A DNA stretch of 64,000 nt from Azolla caroliniana. Taxonomy: Eukaryota; Plantae; Polypodiophyta. The stretch covers positions 8,618,001 to 8,682,000 of the forward strand of contig JBHGNT010000005.1 in NCBI GenBank assembly GCA_043228905.1, written 5' to 3'. Made by a program: the position numbers and the translations under genes. Each line of letters opens with the position of its first letter. Position 1 is the stretch's first letter. The notes beneath the pieces were generated by a model. The model was not told where the DNA came from. It did not search any database and worked only from the letters and a program-made list of their open reading frames with translations. This document shows positions 8,524-20,724 of this stretch, piece by piece.

Positions 8524-11500
8524 CATAGATGACCACAGCTGGAAGTTGTGGGCCACACCGTTGAAGACGAAGGATCAGGTGTTATCCATCTTCAAGGAGC
8601 TCCATGCAAGAGTGGAAAGAGAAATCGGCCAAAAACTGAAGGTGGTTTGAGCAAATAACGGAGGCGAATACTGGGGGCAATTTGAGGAGTACTGCCGCTC
8701 GAAGGGCATCCGGCTCGAGTTTACCATGCCAAAGACGCCAGAACTAAATGGGCTTGTCGAGAGGATGAACTTGACCATAATGGAGAGGGTCTGGAGTATG
8801 CTAGCACATGCTAAGTTACCCAAGACGTTTTGGGTTGAGGCGTTGGCGACAACGACGTACGTGATAAACAGATCACCCTCAGTGCCCTTGGACAGAGACA
8901 CGTCGTAGAGAGTGTGGACCGGTAAAGAAGTGTCTTACCGGCATCTGAAGGTGTTCGGGTGTCTCACTTACGTGCATGTGGAAAAGGACCGGAGAGCAAA
9001 GTTGGATCCAAAGTCCCAACCTTACATATTCCTCAGATACAGCGATGATGAGTTCGGCTACCGAATGTGGGATCCGGTCGACAAGAAGGTTTTATGGAGT
9101 CGAGATATTATCTTCATGGAGGACAAGACTCTTGCCGACTGGGAGTTGGAGAAGAAGATAATGAACTCCGAGTCGACCGGTAAGGATCGGTTTGATGAGA
9201 TTCGGACCTACCCGGCTAAGAGCCTGTTGACACTCGAAGAACCATCCGATTACGATGAGGATACCGAACCGGCAGAAGAAGGAGAGGAAGCTGAAACTGG
9301 AACCGGACAAGACCCCGAATCGGATTCTGATGAAGAACAGATGCAGGAGCCGGTTACCGAAAACCGAGGATGAAGATATCCTCTTTGGGAAAGAAGAGCC
9401 CCCCGGAGATTGCCGGATGCAGAGCATGTGCTGCTGACCGATGAGGGGGAGCCGGAAAGCTTCGAAGAAGCAAAGGATGACACCCATAGCCGCAAGTGGT
9501 TGAGTGCCATGCAGGACGAGATGGATTCCCTGCATGAGAACCACACATATAAATTGGTGGAGTTGCCGAAAGGAAAGCGGGCACTCCGGAACAAATGGGT
9601 GTACAGGTTGAAACCGGGAGATGCCTGCAGCCCCCTGAGATACAAAGTCAGGATCGTGGTGAAGGGGTTCCAGCAGAAGAATGGCGTGGACTTCGACGAG
9701 ATATTTGCCCCGGTAGTAAAGATGACTTCCATCCGAACGGTGCTGAGTATAGCGGCAAGCATGGACCTCAAGGTAGAGCAACTAGACGTGAAGATGGCGT
9801 TCCTTCATGGCGACCTCGAAGAAGAGATCTACATGCAACAACCAGAAGGATTTGTGAAGAAAGGGAAGGAGCACTAGTTTTCCGGTTGAAGAAGAGCCTA
9901 TACGGTTTGAAGCAGGCTCCCCGGCAATGGTACCGGAAGTTCGACTCCTTGATGACCGATCAAGGGTACCACAAGACGCAAGCCGATCACTGCATATTTG
10001 TGAAGAAGTTTGAAGGTGGAGACTTCCTGATACTCCTCTTGTATGTGGATGACATGTTGATCGTCGAACGAGACCAAGTCAAGATACAAACGCTGAAGAA
10101 GGCCCTTAACCGGACCTTCTCAATGAAAGACTTGGGCCTGGCAAGACAGATACTAGGGATGCATATAATCCGGAACCAGTCAAAGAAGCAATTGTGGTTG
10201 TCACAGGAGAAGTACATGACAAAGGTGCTTTAGCGGTTCAACATGTCAGATGCTAAACCGGTCAGATCGACACTCCCGACAAACTGCAGGTTATCCGGTA
10301 AGCAAAGCCCGAAGACTAAGGCAGAGAAGGCGGATATGATGAAGATACCATATGCCTCTGCCGTCGGGAGCTTAATGTACGCAATGGTGTGTACCCGACC
10401 GGATATCGGATACGCAGTCGGAGTGGTGAGCCGGTTCATGAGCAATCCCGGCAAGGAGCACTGGAATGCGGTAAAATGGATACTCCGGTACTTAAAAAGC
10501 ACCTCAATCATGTGTTTCCGATTCGGCTCCGGTAAACCCCAACTTGACGGTTTCACCGATTCGGATATGTCGGCTGATGCGGATACTAGTCGGTCAATAT
10601 CCGTTTACGTCATGACATATGCAAGGGGAGTTGTTTCGTGGCAGTCGAGGCTGTAGAAGACGGTTGCGTTGTTAACCACGAAAGCGGAGTACATGGCAGT
10701 GGTGGAAGCTGGCAAGGAAATATTGTGGATGAAGGACTTCATTGGAGAGCTAGGGATCCAACAAGAGGAATATTGGCTCTACTGCGACAGTCAAAGTGCC
10801 ATCCACGAAGAATGTTGCGTATCATTCCAGGATGAAGCACATCCAGTGGAGGTACCACTGGATTCGGGAGCAAGTGGAAGATCGAGAGTTCATGCTAACG
10901 AAGATCCACACAAAGGAGAATGGGTCAGATATGTTGACCAAGGTGCTGACACCCAACAAGCTGGACGCATGTCGGAAGCGGATCGAACTGACGAGGCATC
11001 CCATGCCGGAGTGAAGGGGGATTTTGTTAGGATCTTGATCCCTCCAGATGGGATGATGAAGGCCCGATGAGAACCGGATGATGCAGACCCGGTGGGAACC
11101 GGATAATTAGTACCCGGCAAGGAAGACCCGTGAGAACCGGATGTTGCAGGCCAGGTGAGAACCTCTCACCGGATGAAGGGACATATATGTAAATATGTTC
11201 CAGATAGCCCACTGGGGCTATATTTGTAAATAGCCCGAAAGTCTTATTAGTATAAATATGACCTAGGGAAAACTCTTTGTTAGTTGTTTTCATTATTTTG
11301 TTGTATAGAGTTATTGGTGTAACTGTTGTACAGAGCGTAGCAGAGGGAAAGAGAGACAAAGACAGAGACAGAGACAGAGTGAGTCTCTATTGTAACCGCT
11401 GCCAGGCGAAGATTGTGAGCACGAGGTCATTGCCTCTGTGTTCCCCTATTGTATTCTCCTTACATAGTGATAGTTCGGAGTCTGTGGGCTCCCGTGGTTT

Positions 11501-11649
11501 TTCCTGTTTAGGGTTTTCCACGTTAACATCCTATGCATTCTCTTATGTTTGTGTACTTACTTCCATTTCTCCCTTATTACTGTGTTTGATTATCATTAAG
11601 TGATCTAAGTCTCGGTTGTGGCCGAAGATTATTCCGCATATTCTCTACA
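8524..11649 (+). mobile_element. Ty1/copia B (Tto1/Tnt1-like), 3' half, degenerate; same family as copia F
   Basis: INT-RT-RH fragments with stops and frameshifts (NGLVERMN, EQLDVK, YVDDML, FTDSD), PPT gagtgaaggggga at about 11009-11021, and a 3' LTR. Confidence 0.92.
11025..11649 (+). repeat. 3' LTR of copia B (625 bp)
   Basis: Follows the PPT, has TG...CA termini, and is homologous (reverse complement) to the LTRs at 55393-55953 and 59965-60523. Confidence 0.88.
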
Positions 11650-13190
11650 CCAGTAGAAAAACCCACAACGAAGAGACACGTCACATGCTAGATCCAAGTC
11701 CAGGGGTAAGCTTACATGCTTTTATTGTGGAAACTTCCAGAAGGACTGTCAACACCTTAAGAAGGCAAGGTGTCTCAAATGATGTAGAACCCAGAATGAT
11801 TTTTGATGAACATGGCACTTTAGCGGTGGCTACAAGTGAAGAGGAGCTCTTGTTCATTTGTGAGAAAGCAAGTGAAAACCTTGCAAATGAAGAGTGCACT
11901 TGGGTGATTGACTTCGGTGCATCGTTTCACAGAACTCCCTCGAGAGAGTGCGCCGCCTCCTCCTACACAGCTGGGGACTATGGTAGTGTAAAGATGGGAG
12001 ACAACGGAGCGTGCAACATAGCCAACATAGGAAGTGTATGTCTAACAACATCGACTAGTTGTAGACGGACCTGACCCTAAGGGATGTTCAACATGTCCCT
12101 GATATGAGGCTGAATTTGATATTGACTGGAAGACTAGATGATGAAGGCTATAGTGGTAGCTTTCAAAATGGCAAGTGGAAGTTCTAGAAAGGATATCTCA
12201 TAGTGGCCCAAACACTGAAACATGGCACTTTATATATGATGCATGCCAAGCTGTGCAAGGACGAAGCAAACATGGCAACTGACTCGAGTGGAGAGATATG
12301 GCACAATAGGCTTGGCCGCATGAGCGAAAAGGGTTTACATATCCTAGCCGACCAGAAATTACTACCAGAAGTAAAAGGAGTGGATCTAGAGAGATGTGTC
12401 GACTGCCTGGTTGGAAAACAAAACAGAGTTGCATTCCACGCAAGACCACGAAGGAGAAGAGAAGCTACACTTGAACTAGTACACATGGACGTGTGCTATG
12501 TGATGCTTCATCGCATCGTGGTACTTTGTAACATTCATTGACGACTATAGTCGAAATTTGTGGGCATTCGTACTAAAGTTGAAGGATCAAGTATTGTCGG
12601 TCTTCAAGGAGTTCCAGGCCAGAGCCGCGAGAGAGTCAAGTCAGAAGCTGAAGGTTGTTCGAACCAACAATGGTGGTGAGTACAGAGGACAATTCGAAGA
12701 GTACTACAAGTCCCAAGGTATTCAACTCGAATACATAATGCCTAAGACCCGTGAGCTGAATGGGCTTGCAGAGAGGATGAATCGAACTATCATGGAAAGA
12801 GTGAGGAGCATGCTCTCACATGCAAAGCCTGTCGAAATTGTATTGGGCTGAGGCAATGCACACGGTTGTTTATCTTATCAACATGTCTCCCTGAGTGCCT
12901 CTGAAAGGTGATGTCCCACAAAGGGTGTGGACAGGTAAATATGTCCCTTACCAACACCTGAGGGTGTTTGGATGCTTGGTATATATGCATGTCGTGAAGG
13001 ATTAGAGGTGGAAGCTTGACAACAAGTCAAAACCATGCATATTCCTGGGGTACTCGGAGGATGAGTTCAGCCACAAGTTGTGGGATCTTCTTGATAAGGT
13101 GGTGAGGAGTAGGGATATTATGTTCATGGAAGACGAGCCAATTGCAGACTGGAAATAGCAGAAGTCGGAACAGGTTTCCCAGTCGACTCC
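11650..13190 (+). mobile_element. Ty1/copia C fragment (end of gag, protease, integrase), degenerate
   Basis: RSKSRGKLTCFYCG-like gag end, WVIDFGASFH, WHNRLGRMSEKG, VRTNNGGEY, NGLAERMNRT; many stops. Confidence 0.85.
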
Positions 13191-13194
13191 CACC

Positions 13195-15261
13195 AACCCT
13201 CTCGACCAACCCGTTCAGCTCTGGCATCTTTGGCATGATGTATTCTAACCGGATACCCTGCGACCAACAGTATTCCTCGAGTACCCTCTGTATTCATCGC
13301 CATTATCCGTCCAAACAACCTTCAGCTTCCGTTTGGTTTCTCTCTTGACTCTCGCCTGGAACTCCTTGAAGGCTGACATCACTTGTTCCTTGGTCTTCAG
13401 TACAAAAGCCCACAACTTCCGGCTATAGTCATCAATTAAGGTCACAAAATATTGTGAACCGGCATGTGACTTTGTGCTCACATAGCATACATCTATATGC
13501 ACGAGTTCCAATGTCTTCTTCTTCCTCATCAGAGGCCTAGGACGGAAGGAAGCCCTATTATGCTTATCGGCCAAGCAATCAGTGCACTTGTCAAGATGCA
13601 CAGTCTTTATCTCCAGAATGGGATTATCTTAGCAAGTCTCTTCATCCCCTTCTCACTCATGTGGCATAGCCTCTTATGCCATAGCCCATCGGTTATGTCT
13701 TCTACCACATTCACTTCGTCCCGGCACAGTCGAGCATGCATCACAGATGATGTGTTTTTCTTCCGAGCACAAACCATAATCAGGTTCCCTTTACAGAATT
13801 TCCACATGCCATTCTGAAAGCTACCACAATAGCCTTGTCATCGAGCCGTCCGACTGATATCATATTCAGTCGGATATCCGGTACACATATCGTACGTCCT
13901 TGAATACCATTCTACAACCGGTTGACATCTACAAACATACATTGCCGATTCCAACAATTTGGCATGCTCCGTCATTCCCCATCTTCACCTATCCATGGTC
14001 ATCGGCCATGTACGATGAGAAGAATTCCCAATCGGGGGTCAGGTGAAAGGATGCACCAAAATCAACCACCCATGTTGACTTGTCGTTAACAAGGTTCAGC
14101 TCGTTTTGCTCACTAATGAGCAGCAACTCCTTCTCACTTGTTGCGATTGTTGAGGTGCCCTTTCTCTCTAGATTCTTCTTCGGTTCGGCACCATCAGCTC
14201 CCCCTTTGTCTTTTCGGTAGTGCCGACAATTCTTTTGGAAGTGTCTTGGCTTCCCACAATAGAAGCACCTGAGCCTCCCCTTGACTTCAACCTCGTTCCG
14301 GACTTGTCCTGGTTCTGGGGACTTCTCTATCGACCTCTCCCTCTGTTCGAGTCAGCCTCTATGACTAGGGCCTTCGGGTCAGTAATGGACTCTCTGTCCT
14401 TCCTACGAACTTCCTCATTCAATAAGCTTGACTTCACCTTCTCCAAGGATAAACGGTTCCCTTCCTGTCCGGGTTTGCCCATTGTGACAACGAGCGTCTC
14501 CCAACTGTCCAAAAGGGATCCCAACAACAACAACAATAATACCTCATTAGCGAGAGGTACTTCTAGAGAGGTGGTTTGATTTATCAATCCTTGGAAGAGA
14601 TTCAGGTCCTCTGTCATGCTTGAGCCATCCTCGTACCTCCGTCTCACGATCTTCCGGAATACTAAGACTTTGTTCACGGTGTTTTTGTTCTCGAACATGA
14701 CGTTGATCTTCTTCCATGGGACATCAGCCTTTGTCTCTTCATTAAAATTGTTATATAGACGCATATCTATAAAACACCTAATGCAAGTTGTTTTCTTCAA
14801 ATGCATAACCTCCCATGTCGATGCATTGATCTTGTCTGTCTTTTCATCTCCGTATTGCACCAGCAACCAGAGGTCTCTGCATACCAGTATGTCCCTCATC
14901 TTCGACTTCCAAACATAATAGTTTGAGCCGATTAGCTTGAATATTCCTCCGAGGGTGTTCGTCCATCGCGTTGATACCAATTTGATATATATATATATAT
15001 ATATATATATAGTCGGTCACAACTGGTCAACACACAGAAATGAGGAACACAAAGATCAAGACCCGATCAAGACAACAAGAAACAGAAATTCCAGAGACAC
15101 AAGATCTATTAATGTGGAAACCCTGAACATGAAAAACCACGAGAGTCCCCAAACTCCAAAACAAATCACTATGGTAGGACACAAGAAACTCTAAGGCAAC
15201 AACCTTAAGCTCCTCTTTGTTTGGCGATGGTTACAAAGTTGCAACTCTCACTCTCACTCAC

Positions 15262-15298
<37 letters not shown>

Positions 15299-15564
15299 CT
15301 CGCTCTCGTTATACACTCTGATACGCTAGTTACAAAAAATGCACACACACATATATCTAAATGATTTGTCCTAGGTGTATCTATACTTTTACACACTATG
15401 GGCTATTTACAAATATGACCCGGTCGGTTTTGGCCAATTTGACTATTAACCGAGTCCGTTATCGGTCGATTGTTGATCAGTTGATTTATTTGGCTTATCT
15501 CACCGGTCAGTGCTAAATCAGCTCCTGACGATCTGACTCCTTGCGATATCCGAATTTCGAATCA
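13195..15564 (-). mobile_element. Ty1/copia D, 5' half (LTR, PBS, gag, protease, part of integrase), degenerate
   Basis: LTR about 14983-15564 (TGAT...ATCA), PBS-like TGGTATCAA at 14971-14979, gag ORF 14327-14980, and integrase LIDDYSRKLW...LNGLVER ending near 13197. Confidence 0.85.
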
Positions 15565-17778
15565 AACAAGTCAGCTATCATCCAGCTCCTCAGTCGATTG
15601 GCTTCAAGCTGATCCAACTTCTTCTCCATCCTATACGACTTGTCTTCTTCCCATTTGGAGGGACCTGTTTTCCCAACAAAAAGGAAGGCCAAGACCAGGA
15701 CGTGGTCAGATGTGGTCAAGGGCCTAAAAGAGGACGAATTGGGGACAACCAATTCGATTGAGAGTGACAACAGATCGAAGACAGTTGATCCAGTAGAGAG
15801 AAGTGATCTGGATGAGATGAATCATGTGAAGGTCAGGCAAGGAGGCAGCTGAAGCCGCCATTGTTCATATGGAGGTATTGATTGTCTTGGTCCTTTCCTT
15901 TAGAGAACTTTTCCTCTTCTTATACTGACGATGGTTGTTCCAAGATCTCTCTGATACCACTTGTTGACACTTATTTATTGTCTTGTCGACTGTAGTCGTC
16001 TATGTGGAAGCTAGTAATGGATCTTTTTGTGGTGAAGCAAGAAATCGATGAGAAAGCATGAGGACCTATGTAGTATCAAGAATACAATATGCACAAAGAG
16101 TATACTTAGAACATGACAATTGCACAATTATGGCAAAAGGAAGATCTATATTAACATTCGTCAAAGTGTACATGGAGGAATTCCTCCTAGTTATACAAGA
16201 GGGAACTAAGCCCTAACTCCATAGGAGTGTTCACACTAAGGACTAATGGGTAGAGTAGGACCTTTTGTCCAACAAACTCCCCCGTAAAAGAACTACTCAT
16301 ATTTTTATTTATTTTTAAACTATCCTCCATTAGTATTAAAATTAAAGTGGCCAAAGGCAAGATACAAGATAATCCAACATTACAATGAATATTGTGTAGC
16401 CATGTTAACTGACCGTAGCCAATCTTTCTAGATAAAGATAAATTTATTTTTTTTCTAGCCAATCTTATTCATATTCGGCATCCAAGAATAATGTTTCATC
16501 CAAACCGCCCTTTCTTTCAATCTCAGCATGCATCTCATGTCCCTTTAGAATCTCCTTGCATAATACATGATCTGTTATTTTCTTTTCAGCTCCTACACCA
16601 GAATTTGAATGAATCCTCCAAATTTCTCGCATCTTACCAAACTTGGTTCGTAAACATGAACTCCACAATCAATGAACTTCTCTCTAAGTAATATTGTTGC
16701 CCTACCAACGTCCATATCACGAAGTAATGTTGATATTGTTACTCGTATTGTTACAATTTATCTACTCATATTGTTACAATTTATCTAGGGATCATCTTAA
16801 GCTCCCCATAAACTCAAAATACAATATAAGTTAAACAATTTACAAGCTATATTGAAATATTTATCCGAATCAGAAGTTGTCAAGTTGGCTCAATCGTTCG
16901 CTTATTTGGCCCTTCGGCCCCTTCGACCAGTCCACTCTTCAACCTAGTGCTCGATTCGGCACTTTCGGCTTTTTCAGCCCCTTCTTCTCCTTCTTTCAAT
17001 TCGGCTCTTCTATCCAATTCAACTTGTTGTAGTCCCACCTATCTCCTTAGCATTTTGAAGCGGTGATTTGGGAGCGTTTTGGTCAGGAAATCGTCGATGT
17101 TCACCTCAGTATCAATTTTTTGGACTTCAAGCTTCTTGTCAACGATGAGCTCTCGAATATGATGATACCTCGCCTCTATGTGCTTTGTCTTTGAAGGGTA
17201 AAAGGGATTCCGCACGAGGTGAATTGTGATCTTCGAATCACAGTGCAAGGTTGGAGTTGTATTGATGATTCAGCCTTTAGCCGAAAAATCAGCCGTCAAT
17301 CATTGCAACCATATAGCTTCCTTTGATATCACCGGGTCTTCACCATCCGACTCATGCCGGGTACTCCACATCCGGTTCTCACCGGATCTTCCATAGCCGG
17401 GTACTCCTCATCCGGTTCTCACCGGGTCTTCCGTAGCCGGGCACTCCTCATCCGAAGGGACCTGTGACGCGGCAATGTATTCAGCCTCTATCGTGGAAAG
17501 TCTCGTACATTCCTAGAGTTTTGATCTCCATGAAAACGATTATTGTGGATCTTGTTGTGGTGAAGCGAGGACTTGTGTAGTATCAAGAATACAATATCCA
17601 CAAAGAGTATACTTAGAACATGATAATTGCACAATTATGGCAAAAGGAAGAGCTATATTAACATTCGTCAGATTGTACGAGGAATTCCTCCTAGTTATAC
17701 AAGAGGGAACTAAGCCCTAATTCCACGAGAATGTTCACATTAAGGACTACTGGGTAGAGTAGGACTTTTAGTCCAACA
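15565..17778 (-). mobile_element. Degenerate copia tandem: truncated LTR, RNase H remnant, PPT, LTR, PBS, leader
   Basis: LTR copies at 15962-16274 and about 17545-17778. RNase H CDSKITIHLVRNP..KTKHIEARYHHIRE at 17039-17248. PPT at 16277-16284, PBS at 15949-15959. Confidence 0.8.
15962..16274 (-). repeat. Copia LTR flanked by both a PPT and a PBS
   Basis: TGTTG...CAACA termini; a direct-repeat copy lies at about 17545-17778. Confidence 0.85.
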
Positions 17779-20440
17779 ATAATTTATGTTTCTCCCTACA
17801 TCAATTTTCTTCTTACATTCTTTTTTTTATTCAGTATAGTTTTTGGATTCAATTTGCGACAAAGCCAAGGAGGCAATTCGAGATTTTGTTCGTAGGATGA
17901 GTCTACAAAAAATATGTATGTGTGAACCTAGTGATAAGATATCTGACGAAAAACTAATGAATTCATTAATCCATCAACTATGTAATTCCACTCTACAAAA
18001 GTTTCTCACAATCAATCAATCTCCAATTTTTGCCATTATTTGTATGGTGGTTATGGGATTTGAAGATTCAATGACAAGACTTCAAATTCCAACAAATGCA
18101 ACAAGGAAATCAAGGGGGATTGTCTCTCATCCTTCCATGCCCACTCACGCACTTACGAACGTAGAGTGATTGTGCAAGAAAATTCATTACCCTACATTTC
18201 ATGGGCGTCGTATGGGGCACTCATGCCCAATACTTCATGAAAGGTGAATACAAATTTGCATTTTGTGTAAAGCTTATGTCATATATTGCATAAAATGGTT
18301 GGAAAGCACCGAATGGAGGATTTGGAAAGAGTCACTTGGTGGAACAACCTAAGTCACCACCTTATGTACCATGAGCATTCATGTCTGCAAACTTACCACT
18401 ACAGATGTCATTGCCTAGAATTGTGGCATGCATTGATGAATTTTAGTTTATTGGCCATAGGAATGAATCTAAAGATTCAAGATACTTAGAAAACTAGACA
18501 CAAGATGACCATGATAGAAGGATAGAAGAGGAATCCATCTCATTGTACATCGAGATAGATGGTGACATTTATCCTATATATTATATATATGGAGAGATCA
18601 TAGAGGGGGGGTTGGGGACTCATACATACGCCAAACCTAAACCATTTCATTTAGCAAGATCTTGATATGGTTAGTGTGATACCAAACATGGCATCTTTCC
18701 AAGAACGTTAATTGGGCTCTTTATGAAATTGCAAGCCCACACAATAAAGAAATCAACCATCTAGGCCATCTCAACAAACTGCACAAGACTTGGTGGTTTG
18801 ATTCCAAGAAGGAGCCATGTTCCTTGATTTTGGATGTGACCACTTAGTTTCGAACTAAACTAGAAAAGAAAAAGAAGGTTGTCATGAATTTATCATCTAT
18901 AATCCTTTGATTCGGGAACATCATTATGAGGGCCCAATGAATAGCTCAAAACGTAGAGAAACATAATAGGGTACTCAACATCAATCAAGGAAAAGAGGAA
19001 ATAAATGTTGAGTAAAGTCAAAAACCCACTAATCAATTACATTCTTATCCAATGTGAAGCCATGAGATAATGAGCCACCACAAGTTATTGAGGAACGGGA
19101 ACCAAGCTCCAACGTTACCCCCACATTTAGTTTCCTACGCGTATCCTTGCACGAAAATATGAAAGATAAAAGAGTATGCCCCCAAATCCAAGGTGAGTAG
19201 AATTGTGAAAACAAGATAACAAGAACCGTATGGAAGCGAGGATGAAAAAGAGGACCATTTGTTCTAACATTATAGTTCCAAACCTCAATGAGACAAGCAA
19301 GGACATGGATTTGAGCTTTTCAATGATGTTGTCACTTATGTGACATGTAATAGGGAATAGTCATACAAAAAGTATTAGGTTGATAAACTAAAGATTAGGA
19401 AATCATATATCGTCTTAGAGACAATTACGTTGTCATTCAATAATATAAACTATAAGTTTCACTCATTCAATGATATAAATGATATAGATTCATAAGATTG
19501 AGAGGGTTCAACTCCTCATCATGCTAATTAGATTAAATTTGTTATTAGACCTCCGTCAAGATTCAATCAATCCAATACTTTGTCATCATGTCTTCTTAAT
19601 TATAGGTATAATTGTCATCTATTATTTACCACTCATTTAATATCTATCGTCTCTCCTATTTCCAAGAACATTTGAAGGAGTATCAACTTTTTGTATAGTA
19701 TTATTGCATTTTGGATAAAAAGTCAATTTTGGAGAATTAAATAATGTGAACAAAGAAGGAGAAATCTTAACTTGCATGAGTTTACAAATACATGGATCAG
19801 AAAAAGACAAACAAGGACAACTTATGATAGGAAGAATAACTGCAATTTGGCAACTATTAACATAAAACTTGTGGAACAAATATCCACCGTTGAGTACCCA
19901 TTATTCTTTTGAAACAGAAGCTACAACAAATAAAAGTGTGTTAGGCTTAGTTCAAATTTGTCAAAGCAAAAATAAGTACTTCAATGATTTACCTTTTAAA
20001 TTTGAATCTTAATGTGATTCAAGAAAATATAGAAAAGAACATGACCATGAAATCTATGGTATGAACCAATCTAATTTAATTGTATAATATGTCCTACATC
20101 AAATTTTATTTTAACGTAAGTAATTGTATCTCTAACCTTGTTGGTGGTGAGTACATCTTATAATTGGTTATAATCCAATCAGATCGACTAATTCCAAATC
20201 AATGATGATTATAGGGAACCAATATATCACATTGTATGAAACCTTGTATGAACTTTATCATGGCTTGGAGTGTACTTTATGCTACTCTTCTATCAATTTT
20301 AAAAGGGATAGATATTCTAGATTTTGAGCATCAACACATGATGCATCTAAAAGTAAAACAAAACTTTAACATAAGATTTTATGAAACTTATTGTAAACAT
20401 GTCATTTGATTGCATAGTATATATGTATATTACTTCAATG

Positions 20441-20724
20441 CATAGTATGAACCATACGTAACATACGTGCATTCGCATTCGCGAATGATTCAAACATTCG
20501 CGAAAGAAAAACACCCTCAAAGAATGATAAATATCATACTTTTGGATTAACTATTTATTATGAGGTAGATAAGCCTAAAAATGAAAAAAAAAACAAAAAA
20601 AACATTAAAAAAATGGGAAAAAAACAAAAAAAAAACACAAGAATGTTTGGATAACATTCGCATTCTTTTTCCAACGTAGGAAAACGAATGTTATACTAGA
20701 CGAACACGAATTTTACGTACTATG
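20441..20724. mobile_element. Non-autonomous hAT-type MITE (284 bp)
   Basis: TIR CATAGTA.../...TACTATG, perfect 8-bp TSD CTTCAATG (20433-20440 and 20725-20732), and subterminal CATTCGC/CGAA repeats. Confidence 0.8.

Noticed and set aside
17330-17460. CRISPR-like repeat array
   Set aside because: The units are contiguous tandem repeats without unique spacers, they match a copia LTR motif, and the DNA is eukaryotic.
17800-20400. Host genes from short ORFs, or a decayed gag
   Set aside because: No coherent exon structure. The faint gag-like character is too eroded to call.
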